Positions 38,170-47,509 of a stretch of 64,000 nucleotides of DNA are shown here, piece by piece. The notes beneath the pieces were generated by a model. The model ran no database searches and had not been told where the DNA came from. It worked only from the letters and a program-made list of their open reading frames with translations. Each line of letters starts with the position of its first letter. Within the stretch, counting starts at the first letter, position 1. The DNA is from a virus: positions 66,183-130,182 of IMG/VR virus record IMGVR_UViG_3300032607_000125; one strand, 5' to 3'. The position numbers and the translations under genes were made by a program.

Positions 38170-39231
38170 ATGACTTACTTTATTCGTAGTGGCAATCAAT
38201 TCGACGTTTCTGCTGAAGCAGCTCTTGACATTAAAGAAGCGTTGCCTGCAGGCAACTATATCGTTAAAGAACGACCAATGGGCGGTCCTCTGTTTCTAGA
38301 ATCTGTAGATGACTTTAAGCCATTGACAAAGTTGTATGGTAATACCACGTGTCATGCGGGTCGTATCATTAACACATATCGTGATCGTGGTGCTAGTACC
38401 GGCGTATTATTAAATGGTGAAAAAGGCTCTGGCAAAACACTATTGGCTCGTCAATTGTCTATTGAATGTGCTACACTGGGCATTCCAACTATTATCATCA
38501 ATGCTCCATGGACTGGTGATAAGTTCAACAAGTTCATGCAAGACATCTCTCAAGAGTGTATGGTTCTATTCGATGAATTTGAAAAGGTCTATGATGCTGA
38601 TCAACAAGAAGTTATTCTAACGTTGTTGGATGGTGTATTCCCATCACGCAAACTGTTTGTTTTGACCTGCAATGATAAGTGGCGTATCGATTCTCACATG
38701 CGTAATCGTCCTGGTCGCATCTTCTATATGTTGGACTTCAAAGGATTGGAAGCTGAATTCATTGCTGAATACTGTGAAGACAATCTAAAGAACAAAAGCC
38801 ACATTGAAAAGGTTTGTCAAGTTGGAGCTATGTTCTCACAATTCAACTTTGATATGTTGAAAGCTCTTGTCGAGGAAATGAATCGTTATGATGAAACTCC
38901 ACAAGAAGCACTGTTAATGTTGAATGCTAAACCTGAATTTGCAGGTGATAGTAGGTTTAAAGTTGAGATGCGAGTTGATGGTAAGATCATTGAGACCAAT
39001 GATTGCGATCCAAATAACTGGAATGGTAATCCATTGACAAGTGCAATGATTCATGCTTCGTATGATACTGATCCAGATGATGCAGATTCTAACTGGAAGA
39101 ACTTGCAATTTTCTAACAATGACTTGACTCAAGTTCATCCAAAAGAAGGACGATTTGTATATGAACAAGGCAATTGTGAAATCACGTTGATTCGTCAACA
39201 AGAAAAGACATTCCATTGGGATGCATTTTAA
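38170..39231 (+). CDS. AAA+ ATPase
   Basis: GEKGSGKT, VLFDEFEK, LTCN, RPGR. Confidence 0.9.
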   Translation: MTYFIRSGNQFDVSAEAALDIKEALPAGNYIVKERPMGGPLFLESVDDFKPLTKLYGNTTCHAGRIINTYRDRGASTGVLLNGEKGSGKTLLARQLSIECATLGIPTIIINAPWTGDKFNKFMQDISQECMVLFDEFEKVYDADQQEVILTLLDGVFPSRKLFVLTCNDKWRIDSHMRNRPGRIFYMLDFKGLEAEFIAEYCEDNLKNKSHIEKVCQVGAMFSQFNFDMLKALVEEMNRYDETPQEALLMLNAKPEFAGDSRFKVEMRVDGKIIETNDCDPNNWNGNPLTSAMIHASYDTDPDDADSNWKNLQFSNNDLTQVHPKEGRFVYEQGNCEITLIRQQEKTFHWDAF

Positions 39232-39235
39232 TTAT

Positions 39236-39778
39236 ATGAAAACATACATCACATCTGACTTGCACTTTGGCCATGTAAACATCCTAAAGTTTTGCGCGTC
39301 AACTCGTCAATATAATGATGTTGATCATATGAACGATCTAATGATTAAAGAATGGAACTCCATCGTTAAGCCAGAAGATCTTACTTACATTCTTGGTGAC
39401 TTTGCTTTTTGTAACGCCGAACGTGCTACATCTATTGCGTATTCTCTAAATGGCCGTAAGATTCTTATTGAAGGCAATCATGATCGTAAAATTCTTAAAG
39501 ATGATAACTTTCGCAATTGTTTTGAAGAAATTCACAAGTATCATGAAGTGAATGTAGATAAGACTAAAGTTTGTATGTTCCATTACCCTATTGCTGAGTG
39601 GAATCAATGCTATAGTGGTTCTGTACACTTTCATGGTCATCTGCATGGTAGTAGAAGTGGCATTGATCAATATCGTGCACTTGATGTTGGTATGGATGCA
39701 ATGGGCGCTATTGCTATTGAGATGAATGAAATGATTGCTTTAGCAATGAAGAAATCAATCAAAACCCATCACAATTAA
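39236..39778 (+). CDS. Calcineurin-like metallophosphoesterase
   Basis: SDLHFGH, LGDF, GNHD, HGHLH. Confidence 0.92.
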   Translation: MKTYITSDLHFGHVNILKFCASTRQYNDVDHMNDLMIKEWNSIVKPEDLTYILGDFAFCNAERATSIAYSLNGRKILIEGNHDRKILKDDNFRNCFEEIHKYHEVNVDKTKVCMFHYPIAEWNQCYSGSVHFHGHLHGSRSGIDQYRALDVGMDAMGAIAIEMNEMIALAMKKSIKTHHN

Positions 39779-39830
39779 GATATACATTAAATCACTGATA
39801 TATTATAATTAATTTTTACAGGTAACTATC

Positions 39831-40058
39831 ATGCAAGGAGATAAACCATTGGCAGCACTATTTAAAGCTAAAGTCGAATCAGAAGACGTGATGACTATCA
39901 CTAAATTCACAACTCTTAAAGAAGGGTGGATGATCCAATCAGACTTTGATAAAAGTTTAGGATATGTAGCAACAAAGGTTTTTCCAACAGAGGCCTCAGC
40001 AAAAGCTTCTTCTGATGGTAATAACATTATTAGAGTAAAAGTAGAATGGCAACTTTAA
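39831..40058 (+). CDS. Hypothetical protein
   Basis: ORF after an early-like promoter. Confidence 0.55.
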   Translation: MQGDKPLAALFKAKVESEDVMTITKFTTLKEGWMIQSDFDKSLGYVATKVFPTEASAKASSDGNNIIRVKVEWQL

Positions 40059-40267
40059 ATATCGATTATGATGAATTTTATAGACTTCGCGTAGATATCT
40101 ATAAGACTAATGAAGACTTATTTCAATTTGTCTTAGCCAGAATTGATATGAATCCAGATCGTGTTGGTAAACCATTTGCCGAATCTAAGCATGAGTATTT
40201 TTTAAACAAACAACAACTGAAGCAATTCGTTGAACATATTAATGAGGCAACTCGTGATCACATCTAA
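40046..40267 (+). CDS. Hypothetical protein
   Basis: Overlaps both neighbours in operon fashion. Confidence 0.6.
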   Translation: MATLNIDYDEFYRLRVDIYKTNEDLFQFVLARIDMNPDRVGKPFAESKHEYFLNKQQLKQFVEHINEATRDHI

Positions 40268-40592
40268 CTCTCCCATCGATTTTTCAAGTATCGCATCCGC
40301 ATCTGGCGGCACTGATTCTTATACAAACACTCCTGAATTTAAAGAGTGGATCGTAGATCTTCTTTCAGAAGGTAATCCTACAACGATTACATTTACAAAG
40401 AAAGATGGTACATCTCGTGTTATGAGATGTACTCGTAATGCAGCACTTATTCCAAGTGCTCATACTCCAGCTGATGCTCAAGATTCTACTCGTAAAGTAT
40501 CAACTACCAATGTCACGGCCTTTGATCTTGATAAACAAGAATGGCGTTCTTTCCTTCCTGAAAATATTACACACATTAATTATGAATTCTAA
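40254..40592 (+). CDS. SH3/WYL-like beta-barrel protein (DUF2693 type)
   Basis: ITFTKKDG..R.MRCT...AFDLDKQEWRSF. Confidence 0.75.
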   Translation: MITSNSPIDFSSIASASGGTDSYTNTPEFKEWIVDLLSEGNPTTITFTKKDGTSRVMRCTRNAALIPSAHTPADAQDSTRKVSTTNVTAFDLDKQEWRSFLPENITHINYEF

Positions 40593-40770
40593 TACTTCCG
40601 TTTTTCTTGGCATTATCCTACTAATTATTCTTATTGCCTTTGGTCCATTAGTTACCATCTGGTCGTTAAATATTCTATTTCCTCTATTGGCAATTCAATA
40701 CAATTTTGCTACTTGGTTCGCAATCATTTGGATCGGCGCTTTCTTTAAAACAACTGTGAAAACTAAATAA
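40582..40770 (+). CDS. Small membrane protein
   Basis: Two hydrophobic helices. Confidence 0.6.
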   Translation: MNSNTSVFLGIILLIILIAFGPLVTIWSLNILFPLLAIQYNFATWFAIIWIGAFFKTTVKTK

Positions 40771-41033
40771 TGACTCAAATCTCTAGTCCTGCTGACCGCG
40801 TAAAGATCAAGAAAATGCTTGGTGAAATCTCCGATTCATACACTCGTATGTCTGCTGAACGAGATCTCATTAAGGAAACCATTAGTGAGATGTCGAAGGA
40901 ATTTAATCTTCCCAAGCGTACGCTGAATAAGATGGCGAAAACCTATCATAAACAGTCTTTCTTTAAAGATTCTGCAGACCATGAAGAGTTTGAAGCACTT
41001 TATCAGACTGTCGTAGAGCTGCAAAACCCTTAA
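40770..41033 (+). CDS. dsbA: dsDNA-binding protein DsbA-like
   Basis: EIS.S.TR...ERDLIKE......EF.LPK..LNKMAK.YHKQ. Confidence 0.75.
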   Translation: MTQISSPADRVKIKKMLGEISDSYTRMSAERDLIKETISEMSKEFNLPKRTLNKMAKTYHKQSFFKDSADHEEFEALYQTVVELQNP

Positions 41034-41093
41034 TCGACGGTGTACTTTAATTCGTGAATGGTATATAATAGATCATAATCTGGAGAAAAGTAC

Positions 41094-42287
41094 ATGTCTG
41101 TTGAAAAAGTGAAACCCGTAAAAGTAGTGTCTAAAGAACCAAAGATGCTACCAAGTGAACGTCGTAATCTAAAGCGTAGAGAAGTTGCTGAAAAGGCAAC
41201 ACTAGTTTTTGGCACTGGCAAAGGTAGTTTAGAACCTACTATTCGACCTTTGGCCTATAAGCCTGATTTGTTAAAAGCATTGAATTATTATAATGCTGCA
41301 TACGATAACAAAGACAAGCGCAAGTGGACGATGGCATACGTTGGCAAAGTCCATGCCAATGAATATGACGCACTTCCCGACTGGCAATTCAGTTCAGTTG
41401 GTACAATCATTCGAATGAAATCTCGCGATGTATATCTTGAACAAAATGAACTAGATTTTATTGAAACAAAGCTTACTGAACTTCGTGAGTTGTCGGCAAT
41501 GGGTGGTATGAAGCCATCTTCACTTAAAGGTGTACCAACTCCAAAAGCTGATAAACCTACAGTGTCAGTTCAAGATCGTATCGCCGAGAATGCTTCCACT
41601 CGCATTGGCGATATCAATGGAATGATTGATGAATTCATTACCAATGATGTTGAAGTCGATGTTGCATCGTATCTTAAAAGCAATGATGTAAGTCCTGCTG
41701 TAAGTAAGCTTATTCCCATTGCTTTTGATAAAGCAATCGCTGAACTTAAAGAAGCAATCAAAGGTGAAGATGCTCAACTAGTTGAGGGTTATTCTTTCCT
41801 CAAGAAAGTTAAACTGCGTAAACTCTTGAAAGCATATGAAAGCATTGCCGATGCCTGTAATCAACAAGCTGTTAGTGTTAAGTCAGTTCGTAAACCAACA
41901 GTTCGTTTGATCAAAGAAAAACCAGCTGCACTGATTGCTTCTAAAGTTAAGTTCCTTCGTGAGTTTCCAGAACTTGGATTGAAATCAGTTATGCCTGTTG
42001 GCATTGTTGGTGCCAATGAAGTCTGGATTTATAACACTAAATACAAAAAGATTCACGTATATCGCGCACTTGGCGATGCTAAACTTTCAATCAAGGGTAC
42101 TTCTATTCTTAATTACGAAGTAGCATCGTCTGATTGTAAGACTATTCGTAAACCAGAAATTGTCAAAACATTCGTCAGCATGGCACGTAAAACTATCTCT
42201 GCTGAATATGTTGCTTTGAAAACAAAGGTTGGTGTTGCGAATGGACGTATCAATGAAGATTGTATTATTCTGAAAGTGTTCTCATGA
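41094..42287 (+). CDS. Conserved T4-like hypothetical protein
   Basis: ALNYYN, VWIYNTKYKK, KTIRKP, NGRINE..IILKV. Confidence 0.75.
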   Translation: MSVEKVKPVKVVSKEPKMLPSERRNLKRREVAEKATLVFGTGKGSLEPTIRPLAYKPDLLKALNYYNAAYDNKDKRKWTMAYVGKVHANEYDALPDWQFSSVGTIIRMKSRDVYLEQNELDFIETKLTELRELSAMGGMKPSSLKGVPTPKADKPTVSVQDRIAENASTRIGDINGMIDEFITNDVEVDVASYLKSNDVSPAVSKLIPIAFDKAIAELKEAIKGEDAQLVEGYSFLKKVKLRKLLKAYESIADACNQQAVSVKSVRKPTVRLIKEKPAALIASKVKFLREFPELGLKSVMPVGIVGANEVWIYNTKYKKIHVYRALGDAKLSIKGTSILNYEVASSDCKTIRKPEIVKTFVSMARKTISAEYVALKTKVGVANGRINEDCIILKVFS

Positions 42288-42586
42288 AAAAACTTATTCT
42301 AATCTTAGCATTAGTTTCTACTTCCACTTTTGCACAACATCGTGGCAATCATGGAAATTGGAACTATGGCGGCAATCAATGGATTGCTCCATTGATCATT
42401 GGTGGCGTTATTGGATATGGGTTTAGTCAAAATAGACCTGTACAACAAGTACCTTCTTATGGTACAATCTATCAACAGCCAATTTATTCAAACCCACCTA
42501 TGCAACCTGTCTATCAAGAAGTAGTTGTATATAACCAAGATTGCTTTTGCTATATGAAACAATACCGTCAAATTGGATGGCAATAA
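42284..42586 (+). CDS. Secreted/membrane hypothetical protein
   Basis: Signal peptide MKKLILILALVSTSTFA. Confidence 0.65.
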   Translation: MKKLILILALVSTSTFAQHRGNHGNWNYGGNQWIAPLIIGGVIGYGFSQNRPVQQVPSYGTIYQQPIYSNPPMQPVYQEVVVYNQDCFCYMKQYRQIGWQ

Positions 42587-43456
42587 ATGATTCTCATTGA
42601 TTACTCAGCAGTAGCTGTTAATGCTATCTTGGCGTTCTCAGCAGATCTTAAACGTGGTTCTGATAATGAGAAGAAAGATCTTATTCGCCATGTGACATTG
42701 TCTTGCATTCGTTCTTATAAAAAGAAATATGGCAAGGAGTTTGGCGATATCGTTATCGCTTGTGATGGTCGTCATTACTGGCGTCGTGAAGTCTTTCAAT
42801 ACTACAAAGGTTCGCGTAAGAAAGCCCGTGAAGCTTCTGAAATCGATTGGCAAATCATCTTTGATACGCTGACTGAAATTCGTATTGACTTGGCTGAACA
42901 CTTTCCTTATAAAGTAGTTCACTATGATCGGGCCGAAGGTGATGACGTTATCTTTGTTATTTCAGAATCCACTCAAGAGTTTGGTCAACACGAACCAGTC
43001 ATGATCGTATCTTCTGATCATGACTTTGTCCAACTCCAAGAATTTGATAATGTAAGTCAATTCAGTCCTATGACTAAAAAGCTTATTAAAGTTAATAAAA
43101 AAGAATTGCACGAAAAGCTTATCACTCACGTTGTCAAAGCCGGTGACGATGGTATTCCCAATATCCTTTCCGCCGATGATGTATTCATGACAGGCACTCG
43201 TCAAACTACAGTAACTGCTAAACGCCTTGCTGAGTTTATTGAACTTGGTATTGATGCATGCCGTAATGATCTTGAGCGTGCTCGCTGGCAACGTAACTAC
43301 ATGTTAACTAGTTTTAAATCTATTCCTGTAGACGTTAAAGAAACTATTTTGGCAATGTACTATGATCAAAAGCCAAAAGGTGATAAGAATTCTATTATGA
43401 ATTATCTGATCAAACATAAATGCAGACAACTTTTAGATTCAATCGAGGACTTTTGA
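42587..43456 (+). CDS. rnh: T4 RNase H (5'-3' exonuclease, FEN family)
   Basis: ILIDYS, YKGSRK, EGDD, SSD.DF.QL, GDDGIPNI. Confidence 0.93.
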   Translation: MILIDYSAVAVNAILAFSADLKRGSDNEKKDLIRHVTLSCIRSYKKKYGKEFGDIVIACDGRHYWRREVFQYYKGSRKKAREASEIDWQIIFDTLTEIRIDLAEHFPYKVVHYDRAEGDDVIFVISESTQEFGQHEPVMIVSSDHDFVQLQEFDNVSQFSPMTKKLIKVNKKELHEKLITHVVKAGDDGIPNILSADDVFMTGTRQTTVTAKRLAEFIELGIDACRNDLERARWQRNYMLTSFKSIPVDVKETILAMYYDQKPKGDKNSIMNYLIKHKCRQLLDSIEDF

Positions 43457-43905
43457 TGTTTAAACATATCCCGGAAATTTTAGACGAATGCAATAAGGAT
43501 ACCACACTTCTTGCAAATTACAAAGGCAACGCAGCTCTTAAGTTTGTCTTTGAGCATGCATTTCTTGCCGAAAAGAAATTCGTTCTACCAGAAGGTGATC
43601 CTCCATTTAAAGAAGATGCTGCACCTATTGGTATGACTCCTGCTAATTTTACTCAAGAGACTAAAAAGCTTTATGTGTTTACTGCAGCACGTGAGTTAAA
43701 ATCTCTACGCCGTGAAACTCTTTTCATTCAACTGCTTGAAAATATTCATCCATCAGAAGCAAAAGTTTTGCTCGCCATTAAAGACCAGAAGCTAAATAAG
43801 CTATACAAGAACATCACTGCAAAAGTTGCGGCGAAGTATGGGTTTATTCCAGAACAGGTAAAAAATGAAAAACAAAACGGGGAACCAGCACCAAAAAAAT
43901 CTTAA
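43456..43905 (+). CDS. Conserved T4-like hypothetical protein
   Basis: LPEG.PP, RRE.LFIQLLE.IHP.EA. Confidence 0.75.
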   Translation: MFKHIPEILDECNKDTTLLANYKGNAALKFVFEHAFLAEKKFVLPEGDPPFKEDAAPIGMTPANFTQETKKLYVFTAARELKSLRRETLFIQLLENIHPSEAKVLLAIKDQKLNKLYKNITAKVAAKYGFIPEQVKNEKQNGEPAPKKS

Positions 43906-44086
43906 GATCATTCTTTCGATGGAGCAAATTGCACTCGCCAGGTGGTTGGCTGATCTACCCGACGAAGAAATTGTCTATGTGGAATGGCTTATTGAAGAAG
44001 TTGAATCTGCGCTAGATGAAATCGTTTTGCAACATAGTGGACTGATCGAAGCAACAGAAGTACTAGACGAAATACGTAGACTTTAA
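43865..44086 (+). CDS. Hypothetical protein
   Basis: 73 aa, acidic. Confidence 0.6.
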   Translation: MKNKTGNQHQKNLKIILSMEQIALARWLADLPDEEIVYVEWLIEEVESALDEIVLQHSGLIEATEVLDEIRRL

Positions 44087-44124
44087 CGGTGTACATTAAT
44101 TCGTCTATTTGATATAATAGACTC

Positions 44125-45414
44125 ATGATATTACAAATCCTTAATGAATTAGCAGCAACTTCCTCTCGCCTTGAGAAGGAAGCTATCATCCGTCGTGAAA
44201 AAGACAATATGCTTTTGAAGCGTGTTTACTTCCTTGCGTATGATCCATTCACTCAATTTTACCAACGTAAGATTCCAGCGTATACACCTGCTCAAGCGAA
44301 TCAAGCAGACTCGCTTGATTCTGTACTTGATAGTTTGGCTATGTTGTCTACGCGTCAAGTTACTGGTAATGCCGCTATTGGATACTTAACAAAACTCTTA
44401 AGTTCACTCGTTGAACGCGATGCTCAAGTGATTGAACGTATCATTGGCAAAGATCTTAAGTGTGGTGCTTCTGATTCAACGGCTAATAAAATTTGGCCTG
44501 GTCTTGTACACGAATATCCTTGCATGCTTGCATCTAAGTATGATGAAAAACTTGTCGCTAAAATCAAATGGCCAGCGATGGCACAATTGAAGATGGATGG
44601 TATGCGATTCAATGCTATCGTTAAAGATGGCAAGTGTGAATTTCGTACACGTAATGGCAAGGAAGTAAATCTGCTGGGTAATCTTGAGCAAGAATTTATT
44701 GCTTTAGCTAAAGATAAGAATGTTATCTTTGATGGTGAGTTAGTCGTACTCAGTGAAGATGGAATGTCTTATCTTGATCGACAAACTGGTAATGGTATTC
44801 TAAACAAAGCTGTTAAGGGAACCATCACTGCTAAAGATACTAGTCAAGTTAGTGCAACACTATGGGATATCATTGATTATGAAGACTTTCATAATGGTGT
44901 ATCAAATCAGTCTTACCACTTGAGATTTAACAAGCTTGAACTGATGCCTTTGGATTCTGGTAAAATTAGGCGTGTTGCTAGTCAGACTATCAATAACATT
45001 GAAGAAGCTCGAGAGATATTTGAACAATATTTGTCTGAAGGCCAAGAAGGTATTATTCTTAAAGACTTGAATAATATTTGGGAAAACAAGCGTTCACGTG
45101 GTCAAATCAAAATGAAAGGTGAACTTGAATGTGATCTTAAAATCGTTGGCATTCAAGAAGGCACTGGAAAATACGTTGGTAAAGTTGGTGCATACATTTG
45201 TGAATCAGAAGATGGTATCATTAAAGTTGATGTAGGTTCTGGTTTTAAAGATCATCAGCGTATCATTGATCAAAGTGTAATCGGTAAAGTGATTGCAGTT
45301 AAATATAATGCACGTATTAAAAATCGTCAGGGTGGTGATTCTCTTTTTCTCCCAATTTTTCTCGAAGTACGTGAAGATAAAAAAGTTGCAGATAATGCAA
45401 AAGAAATTGAATAG
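44125..45414 (+). CDS. gp30: ATP-dependent DNA ligase
   Basis: QLKMDGMR, FDGEL, EGIILK, VGSG, FLP.F. Confidence 0.95.
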   Translation: MILQILNELAATSSRLEKEAIIRREKDNMLLKRVYFLAYDPFTQFYQRKIPAYTPAQANQADSLDSVLDSLAMLSTRQVTGNAAIGYLTKLLSSLVERDAQVIERIIGKDLKCGASDSTANKIWPGLVHEYPCMLASKYDEKLVAKIKWPAMAQLKMDGMRFNAIVKDGKCEFRTRNGKEVNLLGNLEQEFIALAKDKNVIFDGELVVLSEDGMSYLDRQTGNGILNKAVKGTITAKDTSQVSATLWDIIDYEDFHNGVSNQSYHLRFNKLELMPLDSGKIRRVASQTINNIEEAREIFEQYLSEGQEGIILKDLNNIWENKRSRGQIKMKGELECDLKIVGIQEGTGKYVGKVGAYICESEDGIIKVDVGSGFKDHQRIIDQSVIGKVIAVKYNARIKNRQGGDSLFLPIFLEVREDKKVADNAKEIE

Positions 45415-45459
45415 TAACGTTTGAAACGTATATATAAGTAATACAACAAAAGAAGTAAC

Positions 45460-45555
45460 ATGCTTTCACTCCTATCTTATCGCAAAAATATATTCTTAGG
45501 TCTTAATGACCAGAGTATTGCGTGCCCGTTCACATTTGAAGGTTGGGACGATTAG
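45460..45555 (+). CDS. Candidate leader peptide (31 aa)
   Basis: MLSLLSYRKNIFLGLNDQSIACPFTFEGWDD; stop codon overlaps the antiterminator arm; SD weak. Confidence 0.55.
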   Translation: MLSLLSYRKNIFLGLNDQSIACPFTFEGWDD

Positions 45556-45617
45556 AGCTTAGAAGTTACGTATGTACTTAAAGCTCTAACCTAAAAAGTT
45601 AGAGCTTTTGTTTTTTG
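45552..45617 (+). terminator. Attenuator: terminator 45580-45617 with competing antiterminator 45552-45560/45581-45589
   Basis: aaagctctaac/gttagagcttt 11-bp stem plus T-tract; upstream ttagagctt is a perfect 9-nt complement of the 5' arm. Confidence 0.75.
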
Positions 45618-45659
45618 TAGTGTACAATAAATCATAGATGGTGTATAATACATCTATCA

Positions 45660-45700
45660 GCAGATTAATCTTAGTCTGCATAAAAGATTCTTTAACAATT
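45660..45700 (+). promoter_or_regulatory. Hairpin + rrn-like boxA antitermination site
   Basis: gcagat/gtctgc hairpin then ATTCTTTAACAATT, between an early promoter and tRNA-Gln. Confidence 0.6.
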
Positions 45701-45715
45701 CAGGTTTTCTTATGT

Positions 45716-45793
45716 TGGGGTGTAGCCTAGTCCGGTCTAAGGCAACGGTCTTTGAAATCGTCATCATTGGTTCGAATCCAATCACCCCTGCCA
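45716..45793 (+). tRNA. tRNA-Gln(TTG)
   Basis: Cloverleaf, loop CT-TTG-AA, TTCGAAT, CCA. Confidence 0.92.
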
Positions 45794-45874
45794 TATAAAA
45801 ACACATTGGGCTTGATGCAAATCATCGCGGGTATAGTGCTCTCCGAGCCGCGGACTAGAGTGTGTTTCTATATG
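45791..45874 (+). repeat. Stem-loop element H1 (family H1-H5)
   Basis: ccatataaaaacacat ... gtgtgtttctatatg terminal inverted repeat. Confidence 0.65.
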
Positions 45875-45882
45875 ATATTTTT

Positions 45883-45972
45883 GGAGATATGGATGAGTGG
45901 CTTAAATCAACGGTTTGCTAAACCGTCGCTGGGTAAATCTGGCCGCAGGTTCGAATCCTGCTATCTCCGCCA
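45883..45972 (+). tRNA. tRNA-Ser(GCT)
   Basis: Long variable arm, TT-GCT-AA, G73, CCA. Confidence 0.93.
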
Positions 45973-45978
45973 AACATC

Positions 45979-46053
45979 GCGACTATAGCATAGTGGTAGT
46001 GCCGAGAACTCATAATTCTTAAGGGGTAGGTTCGAATCCTACTGGTCGCACCA
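45979..46053 (+). tRNA. tRNA-Met/Ile2(CAT)
   Basis: CT-CAT-AA, paired G1-C72 (not initiator), CCA. Confidence 0.88.
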
Positions 46054-46071
46054 ATTTTAAAAAGGAAGTTT

Positions 46072-46632
46072 ATGTCTACAGTATTAGCATTAGATGCAAC
46101 AGGACTTCCACGTAAATGGATCAACTATGAAGATGCTATTTCATATTTTGCAAAAGATATGGTGGTGTGGACATTAGGTGAAACTGTTGCAACATTTCGT
46201 GGAGGTATTCAAAATGACGGTGAGATGTCGGTGCTTAGCACTCCATCTATTATCGCTGTTCGTGGTAAAGGATTCTCCATAGAAAAAGCTGGTACAGTAG
46301 CACTGACTAATAAGATTTTGTTCGCTAGAGATAGAAACATTTGTGCTTATTGCGGTGGCTCCTTTACTAACAATCATTTGTCTAGAGATCACGTTCATCC
46401 TGTTTCACGGGGTGGACAAGACGTTTGGACTAACGTAGTAAGTGCATGTGTAAAGTGCAACACTCATAAGAGTGCTAAGCTTTTAAAAGAATGTGGATTA
46501 GAACTTTTATACGTTCCCTACGTTCCATCGCACTACGAAAATATGATTCTGCAAAATAGAAACATATTAGCAGATCAAATGAATTATCTGATGAGTGGTG
46601 TTCCAAAGCACAGTAGAATTCGATTAAATTAA
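46072..46632 (+). CDS. HNH endonuclease (McrA-like, two CxxC)
   Basis: RD...CAYCG, DHV.P.SRGG, NVV.AC..CN..K. Confidence 0.88.
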   Translation: MSTVLALDATGLPRKWINYEDAISYFAKDMVVWTLGETVATFRGGIQNDGEMSVLSTPSIIAVRGKGFSIEKAGTVALTNKILFARDRNICAYCGGSFTNNHLSRDHVHPVSRGGQDVWTNVVSACVKCNTHKSAKLLKECGLELLYVPYVPSHYENMILQNRNILADQMNYLMSGVPKHSRIRLN

Positions 46633-46637
46633 TTAAC

Positions 46638-46715
46638 GTACAGGTGCCCGAGAGGTCCAAGGGAACTGATTGCAAACCAGTAAAACCATGAGTTCAAATC
46701 TCATTCTGTACTCCA
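46638..46715 (+). tRNA. tRNA-Cys(GCA)
   Basis: TT-GCA-AA, U73 discriminator, CCA. Confidence 0.88.
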
Positions 46716-46847
46716 AATGACCATTTTAGGGCATAAACACCCTATATGAATCAACAACTTAGACACCTCAAAGTGACGTACGTTCATACTTCCCACGAAG
46801 ATGTATGGATACCCGCTTTGAGGTCTTTCAGGCACCTGAGGGACGGC

Positions 46848-46906
46848 AAACAACGGTGTACATTAATTAGAAGTTGTGGTATAATTGATCTATCAAAACA
46901 AAGGAT
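46848..46906 (+). repeat. 59-bp promoter cassette, copy 1 (identical copy at 47103-47161)
   Basis: aaacaacggtgtacattaattagaagttgtggtataattgatctatcaaaacaaaggat occurs twice. Confidence 0.9.
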
Positions 46907-46912
46907 AGAAAA

Positions 46913-47104
46913 ATGACTCGTAAATCTAAAGACATTGTCAACATTGTTGACGGCGTTAAAGTTACAATCTGTGCTTATCGTGGACCTCGTTTCAATGAAC
47001 AAACGTTCGATGTAAACAAGAGTCGTTACACAGCTTGGCATCAAGGTGTCAAGAACTATGAGCATGGCACCCGTGGAGTTCAAGGAACTGTAACAAGTTT
47101 GTAA
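46913..47104 (+). CDS. Small early protein
   Basis: Follows cassette copy 1. Confidence 0.65.
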   Translation: MTRKSKDIVNIVDGVKVTICAYRGPRFNEQTFDVNKSRYTAWHQGVKNYEHGTRGVQGTVTSL

Positions 47105-47166
47105 ACAACGGTGTACATTAATTAGAAGTTGTGGTATAATTGATCTATCAAAACAAAGGATCCATT

Positions 47167-47448
47167 ATGAAAAAAGTTAGAACAGACGCTTATATGTTTA
47201 CAGCAGATCCTCTGTGTGTAGGTGATATGCAAATGATTGAAACAGTTCGTAAGACAATTGCGATTGTGAACAAACAAGCAAACATTATTGCTAAATGGTC
47301 ACAGCAACCTGCAAAATTGTTTAGAGTTTGTTTGAAAGCGCGCTTGGGTAAGGGAAATCCTCTTTCTGAGAAATATAAAAATCAGTGGATTAAAAGCATT
47401 AAGCTTGAAGATGCACGCACAATAGACGTATACGTACAACGTCGTTAA
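47167..47448 (+). CDS. Small early protein
   Basis: Follows cassette copy 2; ATG 47167. Confidence 0.65.
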   Translation: MKKVRTDAYMFTADPLCVGDMQMIETVRKTIAIVNKQANIIAKWSQQPAKLFRVCLKARLGKGNPLSEKYKNQWIKSIKLEDARTIDVYVQRR

Positions 47449-47509
47449 TGTTAGTAAAATAACGGTGTACAAATAATAAAGAATGTGGTATAATTACTAC
47501 ATAAACTAG

